22,282 nucleotides of DNA from Chiloscyllium plagiosum. Taxonomy: Eukaryota. The stretch lies in contig NC_057749.1 in the NCBI RefSeq assembly GCF_004010195.1, positions 24,480,334 through 24,502,615 of the forward strand. Direction: 5' to 3'. The notes under the pieces are model-generated. The model was not told where the DNA came from. It made no database searches and was given only the letters and a program-made list of their open reading frames with translations. Shown here piece after piece: positions 1 to 9,085 of this stretch (its first letter is position 1; every line of letters begins with the position of its first letter). The position numbers and the translations under genes were made by a program.

Positions 1-30
1 TAAAAGGCATCTGGGGTGCATGAGGGTTTA

Positions 31-803
31 CAGAGGAACCTCAATTATCCGAGTACAAATCAACTGAATATCGGATTATTCGATAGAAACATATCAAAGA
101 CGTGTTTCCAACATTGATCATGTCTTTTGTTTACAGTGATTAAAAACGGACTCGGCTTACTGAAATGCTGCCAAGAGCAGTCCTGGACATCAATGGGAGC
201 CCAGGCACCGTCTCCAAATGACTGACCTCCGGCCCTCTCTCTCTCTCCCCACACTTTTCCTGGAGTCCTACACAGGGGTGCACCCTGAACCACGTTTCCC
301 CAGATAACCTCTCTAACATTGTCGTGTACAGGGCAAAGGTGGAACCTGTCAAAAAGTTTTGTGTGTCTGTCTGTATGTGTGTGTGTGTGTGTATGTATGT
401 GTGGATGTCTCTGCGTGTGGGTGTGTGCACTATTTGGAAACTCACCCCCTCCACCCACCTCCCCAAATGCAGCAGCAGTCTTACTGTTGGTGTCCAGTCC
501 AGCTGCCCTTGGGGGGGTGGGGCGCACTGGGGGGGGGGGCGGTAGGGGGTGGCCAGGTCAGTCTGGGGGCAGGGGCTTTGACGGGAGTTGGACGGTGGAT
601 GAGGTGGGGGTGGACGAAGTGGTGTTGGGCGGGGTTGTGGGGCGGGTGCTTGCTTGCCATGTGCTGCTGCCTCGTCTCCTGAACGGGGAATGGGCTTAAC
701 AGGAAACTCCCAGCCCCAGAGGAGAGAATCCATTAACCGAATAATCAATTACCCAAATGAAATAGTGTCCGTCCATCTCGTTCAGATAATCGAGGTCCCT
801 CTG
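31..803. mobile_element. Non-autonomous Tc1/mariner (Tigger/pogo-like) DNA transposon
   Basis: TIRs cagaggaacctcaattatccga (31-52) and tcagataatcgaggtccctctg (782-803). TA on the left (29-30); the right flank reads cc. The interior holds (CT)n, (GT)n and G-rich tracts, with no transposase. Confidence 0.8.
361..427. repeat. Imperfect (GT)n microsatellite
   Basis: gtgtgtctgtctgtatgtgtgtgtgtgtgtgtatgt...; it generates the HT/CV low-complexity ORFs. Confidence 0.9.
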
Positions 804-1055
804 CCGAGAGAGATGGGCCAAGTGCTGGCAATTGAGAGTAGATTAATTTAGGATATCTGGTCGGCATGGACGAGTTGACCAACGGGTTTGTTTCCCGCAC
901 TGTACATCTCTGTGACTCTGGTGTTCCCAGAAGATGCTAGAAATTATTACAAAGACAGGCTGATGACACACACTCAATTACTTTTTGACATAATTGTTGT
1001 GGGCAGTTTGAAAAGAAAATTTTAAAATGCATCATGTTTTCTTGGTAATACAACA

Positions 1056-1069
1056 CTGCCATCTGGTGG
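1056..1069 (-). promoter_or_regulatory. Candidate CTCF binding site
   Basis: The minus strand reads CCACCAGATGGCAG, a full match to the CCASYAGRKGGCRS core. It is preceded by CTGCACTGAGC, which resembles the upstream module, and lies in non-repeat sequence. Confidence 0.65.
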
Positions 1070-1229
1070 GCTCAGTGCAGGCTACCCTTACATTTGCTGT
1101 GAAAACCATTTCAAAAGGAAAGATTGAAGTACAATTAGATTGCTTATCTGAGAACAACTGGAAAAATTGCTGCTGAGATTCGGGTCCATTTAAAGTTGAA
1201 ATATTCGATCTTTATTGACCGCGTTAGTT

Positions 1230-1640
1230 GTGAACACAGCCCAGTCCATCACACAAACCACCTTCCATCTCCATCTACACTTCTCAATGCCTCAGGAAGG
1301 CAGCTAAGATCATCAAAGACCCCTCCCACCCCGGTTATAATCTCTCCCAATCTCTTTCATTGGGCAGAAGGTACAGAAGCTTTAACACACGGACCAACAG
1401 CTTCAAGAACAGCTTCTTCCCCGCTGTTATCAGACTTCTGAATGGACCTCTCAAATTATAAATTTAAATGTTGATCTCTCTCTCTCTCTCTCGCTGCACC
1501 TTCTCTGCAGCTGTAACATTATATTCCTCCCTCTGTTCTATTACCCTGATGCACTTTGTATCATATGATCTGCCTGTACTGAACGCAAAATGAAACTTTT
1601 CACTGTACATAGGTACACGTGACAGTAATAAATCTAATCA
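1230..1640 (+). mobile_element. Rex1/Babar-like LINE 3' remnant
   Basis: Decayed C-terminus reading IIKDPSHPGYNL...GRRYRSFNTRTNSFKNSFFPAVIRLLN, then a 3' UTR ending ...ttttcactgtacataggtacacgtgacagtaataaa. Confidence 0.75.
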
Positions 1641-1974
1641 AGAAATTTTGCCCTTCAGAGATTGCAAATGGGCAAAAAGGTGAAGATTCCACGGGGTTAA
1701 AACAGGGATCCGAGTGCCCTCCCCAACAAAATGTCCCAACACTGGAAACATGAGGCAAATCATCTCTTTCTGTGGTTCAGTTAGATTGTTTGGGGGATGT
1801 TTGAGACATTTGCTTGATCTTTCTCCATCTGTGGCTTGTTCCTTGGGGGTTTGACTTGGATTTTGTTGTCCATGGGTTGCTTTTTAGTTCTTTGGCATCA
1901 TTCGGAATCCAGCAACGCAGAACATCTCACTGCTCAGCTCAGGGAGGGTGTTCAGGCATGAGGCATCCGAGATA

Positions 1975-2200
1975 GAATTAGGTTTTATTGTCACATGTAC
2001 ACGAGTACAGGAGTACAGTGAAAAGCATACAATGTTGATGTACACAGCGCCATCCTGGGTACAAATACCTAGGTACAAATCTTAGTTGGTAAAATAGATT
2101 AGGTACAAAAATAGAGAAATAAAGAAAAAGTGAGAAGTTCTACATTGCAGTTTTTCATAATAAGCATTAGCAAAATAAATAAATAATGTTAAAAGATAAG
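1975..2200 (-). mobile_element. LINE 3' tail related to 1596-1632, in inverted orientation
   Basis: ttttattgtcacatgtac...gtacagtgaaaag is a reverse-complement relative of the tail at 1596-1632. The right boundary is approximate. Confidence 0.5.
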
Positions 2201-2205
2201 CATTC

Positions 2206-2417
2206 AGGTGTCTCCTGTATCCGCGGTTGCAAGACCTATCACTGATGCCTGAAACCATGGATAGGAGTGAATCCTATCATTTAAATGGGACATGTACCTC
2301 CCCGCAGCCCCCAGAATTATTTCTGGAATGTTCCATGTAATATTTTCGGACCACGATAAACAGCAGATAACTGAAACCACAGAAACCGAATCCACAGATG
2401 CCAGGGTTCTACAGTAC
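2206..2417. mobile_element. Degenerate Tigger-like MITE
   Basis: tgtatccgcggtt near the left end; gaaaccacagaaaccgaatccacagat...ctacagTA at the right end. This resembles decayed Tigger-type termini. Confidence 0.5.
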
Positions 2418-2516
2418 AGCCATTCTACAGTTTGCAGTTGATCCACGCTGGGGGACTTCCACACATGGTCTCGCTCTCCACTCTCACACTGGGCCAAACC
2501 CAATTGGGCTCGCAAG

Positions 2517-2724
2517 CCACTGACCGCTATCTCTGACAGGCTGACCACACCAGGCTCCAGTCCACCCACTGACCGCCACCTGTGACAGGCTGACCACACC
2601 AGGCTCCAGTCCACCCACTGACTGCCATCTCTGACAGGCTGACCACACCAGGCTCCAAGCTGACCACACTGGGTTCCAGTCCACTCACTGACCACCCCCT
2701 GTGACAGGCTGACCACACTGGGCC
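2517..2724. repeat. 49-bp minisatellite, about 4 copies
   Basis: Unit ccactgaccgctatctctgacaggctgaccacaccaggctccagtccac starts at 2517, 2566, 2615 and 2685. Copy 3 carries an extra 21-bp partial duplication. Confidence 0.9.
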
Positions 2725-3152
2725 TAAGACCATCAACCACCAGCTGACCCACTCTGGCATCCTGCTCCGCATTGGGCCCTGTGACTGTTGGGCTCAATCT
2801 TCACTCACCTCCACCTATTGCTGTTAGGGCATGAGGGTTAGAGAAGGTTGTGGGGTCAGTGTCAGACCTTTCTCTTTTGTGTTCGCACCCTCATTAATTC
2901 AGCCTGACCTCATTGGCAGCTGTCACTTGAAATCATCTCACACTTTGTTGTCAGCACCTTCCTGAGTTTTCCACTCCCCTTAGAAAGAAACAGCACTTTG
3001 TACTGTATGAGAAGACATTATTGATTGGTTGGCAAATGGACTCCAATTGGTAGGCGTGTTACTATGGAGACGGCATAATTGAGAGTTCGCCACCAAACTA
3101 AATTTAAATCTTGAAGGTTGATGTTGATCGGTGAATGCATATCCAAGCATTC

Positions 3153-3522
3153 TCACTGAAGTCCTGAAATCATGAGGGACATGGATAGGATAAACAGACA
3201 AGGTCTTTTCCCTGGAGTGGGGGAGTCCAGAACTAGAGGGCGTAGATTTAGGGTGAGAGGGGCAAGATTTAAAAGGGACTTAAGAGGCAACGTTTTCACA
3301 CAGAGGGTGGTGCGTGTGTGGAATGAGCTGCCAGAGGAAGTGGTGGAGGCTGGTAAAATTACAGCATTTAAAAGACATCTGGATGGGTATATGAATAGGA
3401 AGGGTTTAGAGCGATATGGGTCAAGTGCTGGCAAATGGGGCTAGATTAATTTAGGATATCTGGTTGGCATGGTTGAGTTGGACCGAGGGGTCCGTTTCTG
3501 TGCTGTACCTCTCTATGACTCT
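3153..3522 (+). mobile_element. CR1 LINE ORF2 C-terminus and 3' UTR (5'-truncated)
   Basis: ORF 3172-3444 (LFPGVGESRTRG...FTQRVVRVWNELPEEVVEAG...FKRHLD) is the CR1 ORF2 C-terminal signature. The tail ends ctctatgactct. Confidence 0.92.
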
Positions 3523-3599
3523 AAGTGGCAGATGAAAATCTTTGGCTCATTGTCTCTTTTTACAACAATATTTAAGTTGACAATGAGTATGTGACTGTC

Positions 3600-4110
3600 A
3601 GTCTAGGAATACTGCAGTGAGTAACTCACCCACTGACTCCCCAAAGCCTGTCCACCATCTACAAGGCACAAGTCTGGAGTGTGATGGAATACTCCCCACT
3701 TGCCCTGGATGATGGCAGCCCCAACAACACTCAAGAAACTCGACACCATCCAGGACAAAGCAGCCCTGCTCGATTGGCACCACATCCACCATCCAAACTT
3801 TCACTTCTCTCCAGTGCCAATGCTTAGTAGCAGTAGCAGTGTGTATTATCTACAAGATTCACTGCAGAAATTCACCAAACATTTTTAGACAGCACCTTCC
3901 GCCCCCACAACCACTCCCATCTAGAAGGACAAGGGCAGCAGATTTATGGTAACATCACCACCTGAAGATTCTCTTCCACTTGTCAGCCCTGACTTGGAAA
4001 TATATCACTGTTCCTTCAATGTCGCTGGGACAAAATCCTGGAATTCCCTCTCTAATGGCGTTGTGGATCTAAGTACAGCATATGGACTGCAGCAGTTCAA
4101 GAAGGCAGGT
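3600..4110 (+). mobile_element. Non-LTR retrotransposon (CR1-group) post-RT fragment
   Basis: Decayed LSTIYKAQV.SVMEYSPLA.WM.AAPTTLKKLDTIQDKAA. Its 3' part is shared with 16520-16855. Confidence 0.75.
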
Positions 4111-4307
4111 TTCCTTATAGATTAATGGGTTAATTGTCATGAGAATGGAACAGTGACACCAATGGTCATGTGCAAGAGCCTGAAAGGGAGAATAGTCCAT
4201 CAGTGTTCTCTATGACAATGACTCTACCAATCAAAAAGTCCACTTGTCAACCAATCAGCACCCTCTTCTTATACAGCACATAATATTGCTCCTCTTTGCA
4301 CTGACAG

Positions 4308-4425
4308 AGGAAATTAACTTGAAATGTAAAATGTACAATGGTGTAAATAAAACAATTTTGAATAAACGCATGAAAGTTAGACCTAAGTCGCTCAGAGGTA
4401 GAAGGAAACTTTCCCAGAACATGTC
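4308..4425 (+). other. Unconfirmed exon-like segment (118 bp)
   Basis: Acceptor ctcctctttgcactgacag| and donor |GTAAGT at 4426. Only one frame is open (EINLKCKMYNGVNKTILNKRMKVRPKSLRGRRKLSQNM), and I do not recognise the peptide. Confidence 0.3.
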
Positions 4426-5144
4426 GTAAGTTCGAGGGAGAATGGAATAATATTTCAAAGTGGTATTGAAGAATCCAACAGAACTTTTCTGACAGCTTTC
4501 TGTTACGTACAAACATTAGATTCACAGACACATCAGTGTCTGGGCTAGTATTAGATTGCAATTTGGTTGCAAAAGGTAACATGTTCCCCCACCCCCATAC
4601 TAAATGGTACTCTTCAAGTTCCCTGATTTAAGAGTTTGAATCCAAAAGAAAAATGGCATCCCCAACTTCAAAAGGCTTTTGGCGAAGTTACACATGTAAA
4701 GCTGTTAATTACGATTGGTGTTCTAGAGACTCTGGGTAAACCCTGAAACTGGATAAAGGTTGGGAAACAATCATGCCTTTTAGAAAAGTAATTTTAGATG
4801 GGTTGCTAGCCGTGAGCAGGCTATATGAGGCTCAATGCTCTAACTACTAATCTTTCTCATTTACATCAATAACCTGCAGAAAAAAAATCAATGGAAAGTG
4901 GCTAGATGACGCCAGTCCAAGATCATCAATGAAATTAGACAATGTCTTAAAGTGAGATCCTGACACTTGTAAAGGAACAGAAGCAGGCTTTATTGAGCAT
5001 TGGGATGAAAGGAGATCTTACTGAGAAGCCTATGCACCCACGCACCTGTTCTGTAAACTGACACCACTGGCTGTAGCTCATTTTGCATATATTCCATAGC
5101 TATACTTAGAATGAAATTACAATTCTCTTTACCTGACAGCACGT

Positions 5145-6208
5145 TACAGGAAGGATTTTATTAAGCTGGAGAGGATTCGGAAAAGATTTACCAGGATGTT
5201 GCCAGGAACGCAGAATGTGAGTTATATGGAGAGGCTGGGGGTTCTTTCCCTGGGCTGTAGGATGTTGTGAGGTAACCTTTAGATGTTTATAAAATCATGA
5301 GGGGTGTAGGTGAGGTGAATGGCAGGTGTCTTTTCCACAGGATAAAGGATTTCAAGACTTGAGAGTATATTTTTCAGGTGAGAGGAGAAAGATTTAAAAA
5401 AGACACGAGGGACAACTTTTTTACACACAGGGTGGTTTGTGTGTAGAATGACCTGCCTGAGGAAGCGGGGGGTGTGGGTACAGTTACCATGTTTAAAAGC
5501 CATTTAGTTAGGTACATGAGTAAGAAATGTTTGGAGGGATATGGGCCAACAGACCACACCTGGAGTGTTGGGCACAGTTTTGGTCCCTTTATTTGAGGAA
5601 AGATGTAGTGGCATCGGAGGCAATTCAGAGGAGGTTCATTAGATTGATCCCAGAGATGAGGGGTTTGTCATATGGAGAGAGATTGGGCAGTTTAGGGCCT
5701 AGACTCTCTGCAATTTAGAAGAATGAGGGGAGATCAAATGGAGGTATTCAAGACGATAAGAGGTGTGGAGAAGATAGATGTGGAGCCGATGTTTCCTCTT
5801 GTGGGGCATTCTGGGACGAGAGGTCACGGTCTTAGGGTAAGGGTCAGCAAATGTCAAACAGAGTTGAGGATAAACTACATCCCCCCCAAAGGGTTGTGAG
5901 TCTGGGGAATTTGCTACCCCAAAGTGTGGTGGATGCTCAGACAGTGAGTAGATTTAAGGAGGAGTTGGACAGATTTTTAGTTGGTGATGGGTTGAAGGGA
6001 AATGGCGGGAAGGCAGGAAAATGGGGGTGAGGAGCATATCAGCCCCGATCGAATGGTGGGGCAGACTCAGTGGGCTGAATGGTCTAATCCTGCTCCTATA
6101 TCTGATGAACTTATCAACAGAGCAGGCAGCTGGGACTAGTTTAGTTTGGGATTATGTTTGGCATGGACTGGTTGGACCGAAGGGTCTGTTTCCATGCTGT
6201 GTGACTCT
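5145..6208 (+). mobile_element. CR1 3' fragment (5145-5553 plus 6122-6208), interrupted by a second CR1
   Basis: CR1 ORF2 end up to ggatatgggcc, resuming as gcaggcagctgggactag...gtgtgactct after the insert. Confidence 0.85.
5554..6114 (+). mobile_element. Nested CR1 of a different subfamily
   Basis: RPHLECWAQFWSLYLRKDVVASEAIQRRFIRLIPEMRGLSYGERL, running to the tail ctcctatatctgatgaacttat. Flanked by caacaga at 5547-5553 and 6115-6121. Confidence 0.88.
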
Positions 6209-6480
6209 AACAATTGGAGGTTGTATGTGAGAATGCAGAACCAGGGTTAATTTTAAATAACATTAGCAAATATAGTAGCAACCTTTGTGAAGGGTATTGA
6301 AAGAGCCAAGGATGAATTTGGAAGGAACGGAAGAGTCCCAGTAACCAGGACAGTTCATATGTCCAGTCAGTGGAGTGGAACAATCAAAACCAGTCAGGAT
6401 TTGGCCAACACCAGTAGCTCCATAAACAGAAACCTGAGGTGTATGATGATCAGGGTCATGCTGTGGACAACGTTCACCCT

Positions 6481-6590
6481 GAGTCACAGAGTCATACAGC
6501 ACGGAAACAGACCCTTTGGTCCAACCAGTCCATGCCAAACACAATCCCAAACTAAACTAGTCCCACCTGCCTGCTCCTGGCCCATTTCCT
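6481..6590 (-). mobile_element. CR1 3' tail, inverted near-copy of 6121-6208
   Basis: The reverse complement of 6488-6575 differs from 6121-6208 at 5 of 88 positions. Confidence 0.9.
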
Positions 6591-6856
6591 TTCACACAGA
6601 GAGATATTTAACAATTGGAGCCGTGCAGAGAAAACCCAGGAGCTGACTGCACTGTCAGGGATCCGAGGCTGTGGACAAACCTGAGACAACACTAACAAGA
6701 GGTTAAGTGCTAACGTGGGTGCGTTAGTGTTTGCTCATCAGCAGTCCATTGCAGGGAATAACATTGGCGTATAAAACCGATCCAACACACTCTGGGGATT
6801 GACGTTGAAACCATGATGACCATAAGTAGGAGTAGAAGTAGGCCAGGCAGCCCATC

Positions 6857-7264
6857 AGTGGCACGGTGACCTAGTGGTTAGCACTGCTGCCTCACAGCGC
6901 CAGGGACCCGGGTTCGATTCCAGCCACGGGTGACTGTCTGCACATTCTGTGCGTGGGTTTCTTCTCACAATCCAAAGATGTGCAGGTTAGGGTGGATTGG
7001 CCATAGTGTCCAGGGATGTGTAGGTTAGGGTGGATTGGCCATAGTGTCCAGGGATGTGTAGGTTAGGGTCGATTGGCCATAGTGTCCAGGGATGTGTAGG
7101 TTAGGGTGGATTGGCCATAGTGTCCAGGGATGTGTAGGTTAGGTGTATTAGGAATAGGAAATGTGGAGTAATAGGGTAGGGGAATGGGTCTGGGTGGGAT
7201 ACTCTTTGGAGGGTTGGTGTGGACTTGGGCCAAATGGCCTGTTTCCACAATGTAGGGATTCTAT
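6857..7264 (+). mobile_element. tRNA-derived SINE, HE1/V-SINE-like
   Basis: A-box-like TGACCTAGTGG (6867-6877), B-box GGTTCGATTCC (6911-6921), V-domain-like ccaaagatgtgcaggttagggtggattggccat, and a CR1-type tail. Confidence 0.88.
6977..7145. repeat. 38-bp tandem repeat inside the SINE (4 copies plus a partial)
   Basis: gatgtgtaggttagggtggattggccatagtgtccagg starts at 6977, 7015, 7053, 7091 and 7129. Confidence 0.92.
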
Positions 7265-7501
7265 GAGTGTGCTCCAGCATTCAATAAGACCGTGATGTGA
7301 TAATCCTCAACTCTATTTCCCGCCTTTTCCCCATATCCCTTTCTTCCTCTTACTGGTTTAAGATCTGTCTCAGCCTTGAATGCAATTAATGACCCAGTCT
7401 CAGCAGTTCTCTGCAATAAAGAATTCCACAGATTCAGTTCCCTCAGTCTTATGCGTGTGACTAGGCGAAAGTGAGGGCTGCAGATGCTGGAGATCAGAGT
7501 C

Positions 7502-8204
7502 NNNNNNNNNNNNNNNNNNNNNNNNNNNNNNNNNNNNNNNNNNNNNNNNNNNNNNNNNNNNNNNNNNNNNNNNNNNNNNNNNNNNNNNNNNNNNNNNNNN
7601 NNNNNNNNNNNNNNNNNNNNNNNNNNNNNNNNNNNNNNNNNNNNNNNNNNNNNNNNNNNNNNNNNNNNNNNNNNNNNNNNNNNNNNNNNNNNNNNNNNNN
7701 NNNNNNNNNNNNNNNNNNNNNNNNNNNNNNNNNNNNNNNNNNNNNNNNNNNNNNNNNNNNNNNNNNNNNNNNNNNNNNNNNNNNNNNNNNNNNNNNNNNN
7801 NNNNNNNNNNNNNNNNNNNNNNNNNNNNNNNNNNNNNNNNNNNNNNNNNNNNNNNNNNNNNNNNNNNNNNNNNNNNNNNNNNNNNNNNNNNNNNNNNNNN
7901 NNNNNNNNNNNNNNNNNNNNNNNNNNNNNNNNNNNNNNNNNNNNNNNNNNNNNNNNNNNNNNNNNNNNNNNNNNNNNNNNNNNNNNNNNNNNNNNNNNNN
8001 NNNNNNNNNNNNNNNNNNNNNNNNNNNNNNNNNNNNNNNNNNNNNNNNNNNNNNNNNNNNNNNNNNNNNNNNNNNNNNNNNNNNNNNNNNNNNNNNNNNN
8101 NNNNNNNNNNNNNNNNNNNNNNNNNNNNNNNNNNNNNNNNNNNNNNNNNNNNNNNNNNNNNNNNNNNNNNNNNNNNNNNNNNNNNNNNNNNNNNNNNNNN
8201 NNNN
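7502..8204. other. Assembly gap (703 N)
   Basis: Run of N. A second gap of 5 N lies at 12249-12253. Confidence 1.
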
Positions 8205-8400
8205 TCCAACCTTCCAGCTCAGCACCATCCTCATGACCTGTCATACCTGCCAATCTTCCTTCCCACATATCCGCTCCATCCTCCTCTCTGACCTATCACC
8301 TTTACCCCACCTTCATCCACCTATTGCACTCGCAGCTACCTTCCCCCCCGGCCCCACCCCTCTTCCATTTATCTCTCCACCCCCCAAGGTTCCCAGCCTC

Positions 8401-8436
8401 ATTCCTGATGAAGGGCTTTTGCCCGAAATGTCGATT
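8401..8436 (+). ncRNA. Minimal type I hammerhead ribozyme motif (Penelope-associated)
   Basis: attc-CTGATGA-A-GGGC-tttt-GCCC-GAAA-TG-TC-gatt: both core boxes, a 4-bp stem II and a GUC site. GAAATG is probably CpG-decayed from GAAACG. Confidence 0.7.
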
Positions 8437-8547
8437 TTCCTGCTCCTCGGACGCTGCCTGACCGGCTGTGTTTTTCCAGCACCACACTCTCAACTCTTAC
8501 GTGTGTGGCTCCTTGTCTCTGAGATGTGCCCTTTAGTCCTCAATCTC

Positions 8548-8561
8548 CCACTAGGGGGAGC
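8548..8561 (+). promoter_or_regulatory. Candidate CTCF site within a CR1 remnant
   Basis: CCACTAGGGGGAGC, one base from CCACTAGGGGGCGC. Confidence 0.45.
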
Positions 8562-9004
8562 GGTCTCCCTGCATCGACCCTGACAAGTCATCCTAAAAAT
8601 ATTATTTGTTTCAGCCAGGTCATTTTTCTCAGCTCCATTAAGTACAGACACACGCATATAGACAAACAGCAGTGTGCTCAACACAACAGTGAATCTCACA
8701 GCCGGCTGTTCAGTGTGACACTCTTGTGGGACCACGGCTATTGTTTAACGGTTTATAAATATTGTTTGTCGAAAAGAAAGATGCAACAACAAATTGTGGA
8801 ATCGTGACAGTGCAGAAGGAGGCTATTTGGCCCATCAGTAAATGCAAGGACACTTTTTAGCCCTCACTCATCGCTCAAACATTTCCCCATGTCACTTTGC
8901 CCTTCTCTGTGAATGACCCAGCCCAATCTCAGAGTTAGCTGGCACTGTTTGCTCTCTGTCTTCTGGTTCACACAGACATTAATGAACTTCCCTAATCATC
9001 ATTG

Positions 9005-9085
9005 AGGGTGCATACATGAGGATCAGTGGTCGGCACAACATCGTGGGCTGAAGGACCTGTTCTGTGCTGTACTGCTCTATGTTCT
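9005..9085 (+). mobile_element. CR1 3' tail fragment
   Basis: ggtcggcacaacatcgtgggctgaaggacctgttctgtgctgtactgctctatgttcta. Confidence 0.8.

Larger units (their letters stand above)
1..919 (+). mobile_element. CR1 LINE 3' end, split by a DNA transposon at 31-803
   Basis: 1-30 (taaaaggcatctgg...gagggttta) and 806-919 (gagagagatgggccaagtgctggc...ctctgtgactct) join into the same CR1 3' end seen intact at about 3370-3522. Confidence 0.85.
7463..8494. mobile_element. Penelope-like element remnant with inverted ends, spanning the gap
   Basis: The left end is the reverse complement of the terminus seen at 13925-13962 and 14331-14369. The right end carries a hammerhead motif and a direct-orientation subterminal segment. 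Diverged 16-bp TSD at 7447-7462 and 8495-8510. Confidence 0.75.
6815..8650 (-). mobile_element. Old CR1 3' end, interrupted by a SINE (6857-7264) and a Penelope-like insertion (7463-8494)
   Basis: gaccataagtaggagtagaagtaggcc..cccatc | gagtgtgctccagcattcaataag...gaattccacagattc | ...ccctttagtcctcaatctcccactagggg...gaccctgacaag are collinear pieces of the CR1 antisense strand. Confidence 0.7.

Noticed and set aside
60..748. Overlapping ORFs of 73-202 aa
   Set aside because: They are low-complexity translations of microsatellite and G-rich tracts inside a MITE.
2204..2797. 197-aa ORF with repeated GLEPGVVSLS
   Set aside because: It is read-through of the 49-bp minisatellite; the unit length is not a multiple of 3.
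6857..6930. tRNA gene
   Set aside because: A/B boxes are present, but the sequence runs into a SINE body with no cloverleaf end or T-run terminator.
7261..8583. Long ORFs of 246-370 aa
   Set aside because: They are artefacts of reading through 703 N.
8526..8807. 93-aa ORF or exon after tttgtttcag
   Set aside because: The acceptor and the 5' half are antisense CR1 sequence, and there is no convincing donor.
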